From NCBI GenBank assembly GCA_038868075.1, contig JAWBXB010000002.1, positions 73,769 through 137,768 on the forward strand: a stretch of DNA of 64,000 nt, written 5' to 3'. Source of the DNA: Candidatus Bathyarchaeia archaeon. GTDB lineage: Archaea; Thermoproteota; Bathyarchaeia; Bathyarchaeales; DTEX01. The position numbers were made by a program, and so were the translations under genes. Under the pieces are notes generated by a model. The model did no database searches, was not told the DNA's origin, and saw only the letters and a program-made list of their open reading frames with translations. This document shows positions 19,512 to 29,203 of this stretch, in pieces (the stretch's first letter is position 1; each line of letters starts with the position of its first letter).

Positions 19512-19634
19512 ATGAAATGTCCAGTCTGTGGTCAAGAGGCAAATCTTGTGAAAGAGTGGGATTTAGGTCCTAGGGTTCACATAAAACTTTATGAGCACTG
19601 CGGCAAGAAGTTTCGTGAATATATAAAGAAGTAG
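19512..19634 (+). CDS. Small Cren7-like zinc-finger protein, 40 aa (absent from the ORF track)
   Basis: MKCPVCGQEANLVKEWDLGPRVHIKLYEHCGKKFREYIKK. GGAGGT RBS at about 19497 and a TATA-like CTTAAATA at about 19461. Confidence 0.8.
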   Translation: MKCPVCGQEANLVKEWDLGPRVHIKLYEHCGKKFREYIKK

Positions 19635-19730
19635 GTGGCAAGAATCAACTGTTTTTAATGAGATTATCCATGGAAAACCCCTCTATTTTTCTACCATTAC
19701 AAAAACCGTATATCTTTTCCCTCAGAATAG

Positions 19731-20597
19731 GTGAATAAAGTGGATGCCGGAGATTCATTTCATAGGATTTCAATATTAGAGATACTGGATAGATCGTTTT
19801 CTTTTTATATTGATAGGATAGAGAATTTTTTCCCAATTTTTCTGCTCTTAAACGTAGCCAATATATTTCTTGTGTATACCGCAAGATTTGTTATGCCCAA
19901 ATTTAATCCACCATATGGTTCCTTAAATGATCTTCTTATTTGGCTAATTAACTACGGGTCTTTTACCGCAGCTATTCTATCCATACTCTTCCTAGCAACA
20001 TGGATTATAACAAATATAGGTAATAGCATGGTTATTGGGTATGCACTAGACGTCTTTGAGGGTAGAAGAGCGAGTATAAGAGAAAGCATCACCCTAATAT
20101 CGCATCTTCTTTGGAAAGTTCTAGCTATAAGTTTAATAACTGGGATATTAATAGCGTTAGGATTTCTTCTCCTGATTCTTCCAGGGATAATTATGATGGT
20201 TATTTTTAGTTTATCTATTCCAGCACTAATATACGAACAAACAAGCGTTTTCAGTAGTTTGCGAAGAAGCAAAGAGCTGACTAATAATAGATGGTGGAGG
20301 GTATTCCTATTATTACTGGCAATATTCATAATATTCGCAGTGATCTATTTACTTATAGAAGTCCTCACAATCCCGTTTAACCAAATTAATCAGCATTTCC
20401 TTATAAAAGAAATTATTAGAGTCATAATTATTTCGTTAATTGAACCCATCTATCCTGTAAACATGGCTTATCTCTATTATTATCTCAGGGAACAAAAAAT
20501 TTATCCACCGAGGGAAGTGAAGTTCTGCTATATTTGTGGACAGATTCTGCCCTATGATGCGATATACTGTCCGAACTGCGGAAGAAGAATAAGCTAA
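19731..20597 (+). CDS. Multi-pass membrane protein with C-terminal zinc ribbon
   Basis: About 5-6 TM helices, including a GFLLLILPGII...SLRRSKELT segment, and terminal CYICG...YCPNCG. Confidence 0.75.
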   Translation: MNKVDAGDSFHRISILEILDRSFSFYIDRIENFFPIFLLLNVANIFLVYTARFVMPKFNPPYGSLNDLLIWLINYGSFTAAILSILFLATWIITNIGNSMVIGYALDVFEGRRASIRESITLISHLLWKVLAISLITGILIALGFLLLILPGIIMMVIFSLSIPALIYEQTSVFSSLRRSKELTNNRWWRVFLLLLAIFIIFAVIYLLIEVLTIPFNQINQHFLIKEIIRVIIISLIEPIYPVNMAYLYYYLREQKIYPPREVKFCYICGQILPYDAIYCPNCGRRIS

Positions 20598-20631
20598 GGC
20601 GTTAGTCTAATAGCCTAAAAATAAAACGATC

Positions 20632-20718
20632 TTGAGGGTGGAGATGGGTTACCGAACTCATTATAACACACATAGCCTATTGTATATTAATGCTTCTCTT
20701 CCCCATCTCCACCCTCAA
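20632..20718. repeat. Perfect 17-bp inverted repeat with a 53-bp spacer
   Basis: TTGAGGGTGGAGATGGG (20632-20648) and CCCATCTCCACCCTCAA (20702-20718). Confidence 0.9.
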
Positions 20719-20876
20719 TAAATAAGTTTCCCTATTCTCCAAATAAGATTTTCTATTGATTGTCATGCCGCAATATATCTTTTTATTAGGTCATTGAGTG
20801 TATTGTTGAAGTTAAAGTTAAATGAGCGCTATCCTAAAAATATCTTGTGACATAGGAGACTAGGTGATGCCCGATA

Positions 20877-22640
20877 ATGGATTACTCGTTAGTTACTGAA
20901 ACATACGAAAGGATTGAGAGTACAACTAAAAGACTTGAAATGACAGATTATCTAGTTGAATTCTTTAAAATGACGCCTAAGAATGTTATTGATAAAGTTG
21001 TTTATTTAACTCAGGGTAAACTGTATCCTGATTTTATGGGCATAGAGATCGGTGTGGCGGAGAAACTCGCAATAAAGGCTATTGCCAAGGCCTCTGGATG
21101 TAAGGAGAGTGAAATTGAGGAGGACTTAGCGAAGACCGGTGATTTAGGTGAGACAGCGCAGAGATTCCTTCAAAAGAGACGTCAGGTTTCCTTCTTTCAG
21201 AGACCATTAACTGTGGAGAGGGTTTATCAGACTCTTGACAAAATTGCGAGGGCTTCAGGTGATGGCTCAGTAGACTTGAAGATCAATCTTCTAGCCGGGC
21301 TCCTAACTGATGCATCTCCTAAGGATGCAAAATATATTATTAGGACGGTTACTGGCAAGCTCCGTCTTGGAATAGCCGATATGACTGTCCTTGATGCTTT
21401 GGCAATAGCTTACGGTGGAGGGAAGAATGCGAGAGAGATGATTGAGAGAGCCTACAATATATCTTCTGATCTGGGTAAAGTTGCGAAGGCTGTTGCTGAA
21501 GGTGGGATTGAAGCCATTAAAAACTTTAAAATATCGCTTGGCAATCCGATTAGACCTATGCTTGCTGAAAGGCTTAGTTCGCCCGCAGAGATACTTGAAA
21601 AATTGAGTGGAAAATGTATCGCTGAATATAAATATGATGGGGAGAGGATTCAAGCTCATAAAGATGGGGATAAAGTAATATTATTCTCTAGAAGGATGGA
21701 GAACATAACCAGTCAATATCCGGACGCCGTGGAACTTATTAAAGCACATGTTAAAGCTAAAGAAGCCATTATAGAGGCTGAGTGTGTTGCTGTGAACCTA
21801 GATAGTGGCGAGATGATGCCTTTCCAAGAGCTTATGCATAGAAGACGTAAGTATGATATTGCGAAAGCTGCAAGTGAATATCCAGTTTCACTCTTTGTGT
21901 TTGACGTATTATATGTGGATGGAAGGGATTTGACACTTGAGCCTTACCCTGTTAGGCACGAAGTTCTTGAGAGGATAATTGAGAGGAGCGATAGATTTCA
22001 GCTGGCGAAATATATGGTCGTTGATAACGCTGAGGATATGGAAAGATTTTTTGAGGAGGCGGTTGAAGCTGGATGTGAAGGTTTAGTTTGTAAATCGCTG
22101 AACAGTGATGCAATATATCAGGCTGGAGCTAGAGGTTGGCTCTGGATTAAGTATAAGCGGGATTATAAGAGCGAGATGACTGATACAGTTGACCTAGTGG
22201 TTGTGGGGGCATTCTACGGTAGAGGCAGAAGGGCTGGAACATATGGAGCGCTCCTCTTAGCAGCCTACAATCACGAAAACGATGTATTTGAAACTATATG
22301 TAAGTGTGGCTCAGGCTTCACGGATGAAGACCTACAAAACCTCCCAAAAATGCTCGAATCATACAAAATAGGACATAAGCATCCAAGAGTTAACTCAAAT
22401 CTAGAGGCAGACGTATGGTTCTTACCTAAAATGGTTATAGAGGTAATTGGCGCAGAGATAACTCTAAGCCCAATCCATACATGTGCAAAAGACCTAATAA
22501 GAAAAGGAAGCGGACTCGCAATAAGGTTCCCGAGGTTCACTGGAAGATATCGTACAGATAAATCAGCGGAAGACGCGACAAGGGTGGACGAGATAGTAGA
22601 AATGTATAGAAGACAACTGAAGAAAATAGAAACTGAATAA
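20877..22640 (+). CDS. lig: ATP-dependent DNA ligase (canonical crenarchaeal type)
   Basis: EYKYDGERIQAH, EGLVCK, YQAGARGWLWIKYKRDY, AIRFPRFTG. Confidence 0.96.
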   Translation: MDYSLVTETYERIESTTKRLEMTDYLVEFFKMTPKNVIDKVVYLTQGKLYPDFMGIEIGVAEKLAIKAIAKASGCKESEIEEDLAKTGDLGETAQRFLQKRRQVSFFQRPLTVERVYQTLDKIARASGDGSVDLKINLLAGLLTDASPKDAKYIIRTVTGKLRLGIADMTVLDALAIAYGGGKNAREMIERAYNISSDLGKVAKAVAEGGIEAIKNFKISLGNPIRPMLAERLSSPAEILEKLSGKCIAEYKYDGERIQAHKDGDKVILFSRRMENITSQYPDAVELIKAHVKAKEAIIEAECVAVNLDSGEMMPFQELMHRRRKYDIAKAASEYPVSLFVFDVLYVDGRDLTLEPYPVRHEVLERIIERSDRFQLAKYMVVDNAEDMERFFEEAVEAGCEGLVCKSLNSDAIYQAGARGWLWIKYKRDYKSEMTDTVDLVVVGAFYGRGRRAGTYGALLLAAYNHENDVFETICKCGSGFTDEDLQNLPKMLESYKIGHKHPRVNSNLEADVWFLPKMVIEVIGAEITLSPIHTCAKDLIRKGSGLAIRFPRFTGRYRTDKSAEDATRVDEIVEMYRRQLKKIETE

Positions 22641-22661
22641 GTAATTTCATAGAGCTCAGAA

Positions 22662-22797
22662 GCCAAGCCGGGTCTAAGCCTTAAGTACTGTCCGGCCCGT
22701 TTAAGCAAAGTCTTTATCGCATGCCAGCCTTCAGCCGTTTCAGCTGGCATGCTCTTTGCTTAAACGCAGTACTTAAAGCCTACTTCCCGGCTTAGGC
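22662..22797 (-). ncRNA. Candidate rod-like structured ncRNA (unclassified)
   Basis: Four nested helices (8, 16, 13 and 10 bp). G-U pairs extend the helices only on the minus strand. CTTATATA plus a purine-rich BRE lies 24 nt upstream on the minus strand. Confidence 0.6.
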
Positions 22798-22820
22798 AAA
22801 AGCTATTTTATCATTAATTC

Positions 22821-22836
22821 TATATAAGACTTTTGC
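22821..22836 (-). promoter_or_regulatory. Putative BRE-TATA promoter for the candidate ncRNA
   Basis: The minus strand reads GCAAAAGT-CTTATATA, about 24 nt before the first G of the hairpin. Confidence 0.5.
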
Positions 22837-22875
22837 ACAAATTTTTAAATTTAAAAATTTAATATTTTTTGGGTT

Positions 22876-23529
22876 GTGGTGTTGGAGAAGTCTGTTGAGC
22901 GGTTTGAGGAAGATTTGGAGCTTATTGTTAATAGGCTTTGTAGTAGTGAGAGTGATAGGGTTTGTCAGCAGATTTTGAGGTTAAGAGATAAACTTATTCT
23001 TCTCTATAGGAGGAATGCTGTTAAAATCAATCATTCCATTATGGAGTTGATATGTGCTAAATATCTTATTTTATCTGGATACTATGTTGATTTAGAGTAT
23101 ACTTTAGATGGGATATCATGTGATATTTATGCATTAAAGGGGTTGGGTAGTTTAATAGTTGAGGTTGAGACAGGATATGTCCCGCCCGATCATGCTGTTG
23201 ATCCAATAACTTATTGTAAGGCTAGAGTAACAAGTAAAATAACTAGGTATAGTGTTTACGCTGAGAAGTTTGCCCTGGCAACTCCACCATACTATACATT
23301 ATGGTTTCCGCCAGCATTAATTAAGCCTCCGCGCTATCGGACAAGCAGCGAGATTAAGGAGATTAAATCTCTATGCGACTTATACTATAGTAATCCGCCA
23401 GTTAGTTTTGAAGAGATAAGGAACGCCCGGATACACGCAATATATATAATTGATGTTGATAACGGAGTGGTTAGAGAGACCGATCCAAACACCTATTTAG
23501 AGAGAACTCAACAATTTTGTGAGTGGTGA
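22876..23529 (+). CDS. Conserved hypothetical protein with a PD-(D/E)xK-like motif
   Basis: CDIYA...LIVEVETG resembles a restriction-endonuclease-fold active site; function unknown. Confidence 0.6.
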   Translation: MVLEKSVERFEEDLELIVNRLCSSESDRVCQQILRLRDKLILLYRRNAVKINHSIMELICAKYLILSGYYVDLEYTLDGISCDIYALKGLGSLIVEVETGYVPPDHAVDPITYCKARVTSKITRYSVYAEKFALATPPYYTLWFPPALIKPPRYRTSSEIKEIKSLCDLYYSNPPVSFEEIRNARIHAIYIIDVDNGVVRETDPNTYLERTQQFCEW

Positions 23530-23568
23530 TACGCTCTGAAGAAAACTTTACTACTAATCATATTCTGC

Positions 23569-24183
23569 ATGCTTGCAACAGCTTTTTCTCTAGCTCTTGA
23601 TGAGAACCCGATAGTTAAAGCACTATATTTTAGCGGCGAAAACCTTACAAGGGGATACTTTTGGACTCTAGTAACAGCCCTATTTATACATGTAAACCCA
23701 GCGCATCTTGTTGGGAACATAATATTTCTATATATTTTTGGAAGCACTCTGGAGAGGGAGATCGGATCAGCCAAAATGCTGGTAGCCTTCTTTACAGGGG
23801 GAATTCTATCCTTCATTCTAAGCCTACATTTTTATGGATTCAATGTCGTTATGGTCGGGGCTTCGGCAGCTATATTCACATTAGTAGCAATGGTTATGCT
23901 TATTAAGCCGCTTAAATTTTCTTGGCTGTTCCTTATGCCATTGGGACTTGTTGCAATAATATATTTTCTCTATAATGTTTTCGCAGTTTACTTTGGTATT
24001 GGCGAATTGAGCGTGGGTTATTGGGGGCATATAATAGGCTTTTTAATTGGTGTATTCTTCGGTATCTCATGGAGTCGTGGGAGATGGAAGAGAAATTTAT
24101 TGATAACAATAATTCTTCTCATCCTATACCTACTTTTGGCACACTTAGCTCGCGCCTTAATTTCTTATGGCGGTTTTCCATAA
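23569..24183 (+). CDS. Rhomboid intramembrane serine protease
   Basis: FIHVNPAHLVGN, catalytic GAS(A), distal GHIIG. Confidence 0.9.
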   Translation: MLATAFSLALDENPIVKALYFSGENLTRGYFWTLVTALFIHVNPAHLVGNIIFLYIFGSTLEREIGSAKMLVAFFTGGILSFILSLHFYGFNVVMVGASAAIFTLVAMVMLIKPLKFSWLFLMPLGLVAIIYFLYNVFAVYFGIGELSVGYWGHIIGFLIGVFFGISWSRGRWKRNLLITIILLILYLLLAHLARALISYGGFP

Positions 24184-24279
24184 ATGTTAAGTAATGAATA
24201 GAATAATGAAATTATTTTTGGGATTAAACACGTACTTAATTATGTCAATTGAACTCTTTGAGAGAGGATCGGTTTCACT

Positions 24280-25470
24280 ATGAGGATCTACTTTGGTGTC
24301 TGCGGTATTGGACTTGGACATGCTGGACGTTGTATACCAATAGCTAATAGGCTTAGGGAGATGGGTGCTGAAATATTGTTCTCAACTTATAGAGATGCCG
24401 TCAAATATGTTGAGGAAGAGGGATATAGCGTGGTTGAGCCGCCATCGATGAGCGCAATGGTTAAACCTGATGGAACAATAGATTTTAGGCAAACCCTTGT
24501 TAATCCAGGTCCCTTCTTGGCGTCCTTCATATTTACAAGACAGGTTGAGACCGAAATTAGATTTATGAGATCCTTTAAACCTGACGTTGTTGTTTCAGAC
24601 TCTCGTGTTTCGCCAATATTAGCTGCTAAAGCGCTTAATATTCCAAGTTTATGTATAGTTAATCAGTTTCAAATAATAATACCTAGAAAGAAGAGGCTTC
24701 TCAGACTTGCGAAGATTGTGGATACTGGGGAATTAGCAATAATAGGTAGAATATGGATTAGTGGAACAGTGCCCCTAATGATCCCAGATTTTCCACCACC
24801 ATATACTATATCAGCTGGGAATCTTAGAATGCCGATGGCTTACTATAGGCATGTGAATTTTGTTGGACCAATCCTGCCAACTTACCCTGATGAACTGCCA
24901 AGTAAGGAGGAGATAAGGGAAAAACTAGGTTTAGATGCTGAGAAACCATTAATATTTGCGCCTATAAGCGGACCTTTAAAGGAGCGGGCTTACATAATTG
25001 AGGTTCTAAAGAGAATATTCATGAAGTTTCCAGATGATTATCAGATTGTTATGTCTACTGGTAGCCCAGGTAACCCGATTGAAGTAACTAAATGTAGATG
25101 TCATTTTACATTATATAATTGGGTTCCAAATAGATTCGAGTACTTGAAGGCGTCTGATTTAGTAATTTCTAGGGCGGGGCATGGAACTTTAACGCAGAGC
25201 ATATATTATGGTAAACCTATGATACTCATACCAACACCGAGTCACACTGAGCAGATAAATAATGCTAAGAGAGTAAAGGAGATGGGCATAGCTGAAACAA
25301 TAGAACAAAGCGATGTAAATGTAAAAAGCCTTCTAAAGATGGTGAATAATATTCTATCGGATGAATTATATAGAAATAGAGTTGAGGAGATAAGAAAGAA
25401 GGTTACAAAAGTAAATGGATTAAAAGCCATAGTAGATGCAATCTTAAATATCACTAAGAGAAGAAATTGA
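24280..25470 (+). CDS. GT-B glycosyltransferase (GT28/MurG-like)
   Basis: GIGLGHAGR, VVVSDSR, VISRAGHGT, HTEQINNA. Confidence 0.85.
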   Translation: MRIYFGVCGIGLGHAGRCIPIANRLREMGAEILFSTYRDAVKYVEEEGYSVVEPPSMSAMVKPDGTIDFRQTLVNPGPFLASFIFTRQVETEIRFMRSFKPDVVVSDSRVSPILAAKALNIPSLCIVNQFQIIIPRKKRLLRLAKIVDTGELAIIGRIWISGTVPLMIPDFPPPYTISAGNLRMPMAYYRHVNFVGPILPTYPDELPSKEEIREKLGLDAEKPLIFAPISGPLKERAYIIEVLKRIFMKFPDDYQIVMSTGSPGNPIEVTKCRCHFTLYNWVPNRFEYLKASDLVISRAGHGTLTQSIYYGKPMILIPTPSHTEQINNAKRVKEMGIAETIEQSDVNVKSLLKMVNNILSDELYRNRVEEIRKKVTKVNGLKAIVDAILNITKRRN

Positions 25471-25482
25471 TGGCGCTGACGG

Positions 25483-26103
25483 TTATATAGTGGAGGGAGC
25501 CCTGTAATTCATCCCAAGTATATATATTTCAGCGCTTTCTTTTCTACTGGCTTCAGGTTTTATAATCCTAACTTGATTGAAATACGTTTTAACTTTATTT
25601 AAAAATTGGTCGAAGAGGTCGCCTTGAAAGACTTTTGTAAAGAAGTTTCCACCAACCCTAAGTGTTGAGAGCGCTATCTGTAGGGAGAATTCCGCTAGCT
25701 CTATTTGCCTAGCATGATCTAGTTCCCAGACTCCTGAAACATTTGGTGAAACATCAGATATTACAACATCCGCTGGACGTGGCAGGATGGTTTTAATCCT
25801 CTTTAATGTGTCAGGCTCTCTAATATCGCCGATAATTGTATAAACATTTTCATATTTTAGAGGCTCAATCTCCCTAATATCTACACCTAAAACAAAACCC
25901 CTATCTCCCACAACTTGTCTAGCAACCTGCAGCCACCCACCAGGCGCCGCACCTAGGTCAACAACTACATCGCCAGGTTTAATGAATCCATACTTCTTTA
26001 TAGCTTGTATAAGTTTATATGCTGCGCGCGATCTATAATTTTCTTCTTTAGCCCTCCTATAATAATAGTCTCTTCTCCGTTTTGCAAGCCACTCCTTAGA
26101 CAA
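25483..26103 (-). CDS. rlmE: 23S rRNA 2'-O-methyltransferase RlmE/FtsJ
   Basis: YRSRAAYKL, VDLGAAPGGW, SDVSP, KVFQG, KPEASRKESAE. Confidence 0.95.
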   Translation of the reverse strand: MSKEWLAKRRRDYYYRRAKEENYRSRAAYKLIQAIKKYGFIKPGDVVVDLGAAPGGWLQVARQVVGDRGFVLGVDIREIEPLKYENVYTIIGDIREPDTLKRIKTILPRPADVVISDVSPNVSGVWELDHARQIELAEFSLQIALSTLRVGGNFFTKVFQGDLFDQFLNKVKTYFNQVRIIKPEASRKESAEIYILGMNYRAPSTI

Positions 26104-26130
26104 AACGATTATTCACCACTAATTATATGC

Positions 26131-26484
26131 CTATTTCTGGTCAGTCTCAAGAATCCACTGCGTTAGTTTTTCGCAGTGGTTAGGGGAAAGTTTACCGCCA
26201 GCACCGCACTTCGAGTTCTCCTCGCAGGATATACATGGGCAGTCAATTATCGAGTCTATTGAAACCATTTGGCGTTTTGAATAAAGCCTATAGGTCCACC
26301 GTCCTCTTGAGAGCTCTCGTTCACGATAAATTAATCCCTTACTCTCAAGTCTCATGGATATTCTGGAGCCCTCTCTGCTGGTAGCATTTATTTCTCGCCA
26401 TAGATCAGACTGCAATATGCCTTTCTCACCCATCCTCATTATTATATCAAGCGCTTTCTGCTCAAGATCATTCTGCTTAGGCAT
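26131..26484 (-). CDS. tfeB: Transcription factor E beta subunit (RPC34-like wHTH plus Fe-S domain)
   Basis: wHTH (GILQSDLW...SREGSRI..RLESKGLI.RE) and C-terminal PCISC.....C.......P.HC..LTQW. Confidence 0.8.
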   Translation of the reverse strand: MPKQNDLEQKALDIIMRMGEKGILQSDLWREINATSREGSRISMRLESKGLIYRERELSRGRWTYRLYSKRQMVSIDSIIDCPCISCEENSKCGAGGKLSPNHCEKLTQWILETDQK

Positions 26485-26580
26485 ATACTCCCCTCATTTA
26501 TCACCTAATTTACCCAGCATCACTAAATAGTATATGTTTTCTCGCCCATAAAAACATATTGAACAAACAGTATAACTTAA

Positions 26581-27648
<1,068 letters not shown>

Positions 27649-27663
27649 TTTCGTCTTGTTGGA

Positions 27664-28314
27664 GTGTTGATTATTTTGGGTACTTTAATAAAAAAGGGAG
27701 CCGAGGCAAGCATATATCTTGAGGAATGGTGTGGTCGAAAAGTTATTTTCAAAAAACGCCACTCAAAGAATTATCGAATCCATGAACTTGATAGGATTAT
27801 TCAGATACAAAGGACGAAGCATGAGCCTCTAATGATTCACAAGGCTAAAGAGGCTGGTGTTCCAACACCGATAATATTCATGGTTAACCTTGAGGAGGCA
27901 ACAATAATCATGGAGTTTGTAGAGGGAAAGCAGATAAAACAGGTACTTAATGATATGCCGGATGATGAAAGAATTAAATTATGCTATGATATCGGTAAAC
28001 TTATAGGTAGACTACATAAAAACGGCATAATACATGGTGATCTTACAACGTCAAATATGATTTTAACACCGCATGGAAATATTGTTCTCATAGATTTTGG
28101 GTTAAGCGAACAGAGCACAGAGCTTGAAGCTAGAGGTGTAGACCTCCATTTAATGAAGAGAGCTTTTGCGAGTACACATTACAAGTATGCTGAGGAATGT
28201 TTTAACGCTGTTATTAAGGGATATGAGGAAGTAATGGGTAGCGATATTACAAGGGATGTTTTAAATAGAATTAAGGAAATAGAGAAAAGAGGCCGCTATA
28301 TAGCGGAGAGGTGA
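27664..28314 (+). CDS. bud32: KEOPS kinase Bud32
   Basis: KKGAEA, HGDLTTSN, LIDFGL, GVDLHL; adjacent to kae1. Confidence 0.95.
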   Translation: MLIILGTLIKKGAEASIYLEEWCGRKVIFKKRHSKNYRIHELDRIIQIQRTKHEPLMIHKAKEAGVPTPIIFMVNLEEATIIMEFVEGKQIKQVLNDMPDDERIKLCYDIGKLIGRLHKNGIIHGDLTTSNMILTPHGNIVLIDFGLSEQSTELEARGVDLHLMKRAFASTHYKYAEECFNAVIKGYEEVMGSDITRDVLNRIKEIEKRGRYIAER

Positions 28315-28322
28315 ATTAGAGA

Positions 28323-28919
28323 TTGCTGAAGGATGCTTTTCCATATGGTAAACTAATATTTTTTGCGACCGGAAACATAAATAAGTTTAATGAGGCTAGG
28401 AGAATTCTGGCTGAATATAATATAGCCGTAGCAATGCTTAAAGTAAAAACTCTCGAAGTTCAAGACGATAATATAGAGAATATTGCTAAAATAAGCGTTT
28501 TAAATATTTCCCGCGAAATTAACTTACCTGTGATTGTTGAAGATGCTGGGCTTTTTATAGAGGCTTTAAATGGTTTTCCAGGACCCTACTCCTCATATGT
28601 TTATAGAACGATTGGCATAAATGGAATACTTAAACTTATGAGTGGAGTCAAAAACCGCAGAGCGCAGTTCAAGTCCACGGTCGCCTTCTGTGATTTAAAT
28701 GGTAATGTAAGATGCTTTAATGGTGTGTCTAACGGCAGGATAGCTGAGAGCCCTAGGGGTAACATGGGTTTTGGCTTTGACCCAATATTTGAGCCGGAAG
28801 AGGAACCTAACAAAACATTCGGTGAAATGACAATTGAAGAAAAGAATGTTTTCTCGCATCGTGCAAGAGCTCTGAAGATGTTCGCTGAATGGTATAAGGG
28901 GTGGCGAAGCTCGAAATGA
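28323..28919 (+). CDS. rdgB: Non-canonical purine NTP pyrophosphatase (RdgB/HAM1)
   Basis: ATGNINKF, VEDAGL, GFPGPYS, GFGFDPIF, SHRARA. Confidence 0.93.
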   Translation: MLKDAFPYGKLIFFATGNINKFNEARRILAEYNIAVAMLKVKTLEVQDDNIENIAKISVLNISREINLPVIVEDAGLFIEALNGFPGPYSSYVYRTIGINGILKLMSGVKNRRAQFKSTVAFCDLNGNVRCFNGVSNGRIAESPRGNMGFGFDPIFEPEEEPNKTFGEMTIEEKNVFSHRARALKMFAEWYKGWRSSK

Positions 28920-28979
28920 CCAAAAAGTATATTTTCTAGATTCTAATCCTTTTGATCAATAGTTTGAGGATTGATGGTA

Positions 28980-29141
28980 ATGCCGATAGTTGATCCATTG
29001 AAGAGAAGTATAGCTCAGAGAAAGAGACTCTACATGAAAATATGTAGAGATTGTGGAGTTAGGAATGCTCTAACCGCTGAAAAATGTAGAAAATGTAGAA
29101 GCAGAAATTTGAGATGGAAGAAACGTGAAAAGACGAGGTAA
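28980..29141 (+). CDS. rpl40e: 50S ribosomal protein L40e (absent from the ORF track)
   Basis: MPIVDPLKRSIAQRKRLYMKICRDCGVRNALTAEKCRKCRSRNLRWKKREKTR; an alternative in-frame ATG is at 28974. Confidence 0.92.
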   Translation: MPIVDPLKRSIAQRKRLYMKICRDCGVRNALTAEKCRKCRSRNLRWKKREKTR

Positions 29142-29203
29142 AATATTAGTTTCAGCGTATTTAGTGCACCTAGTATTCGTATCCCTTAATGATACTTGTA
29201 CTT

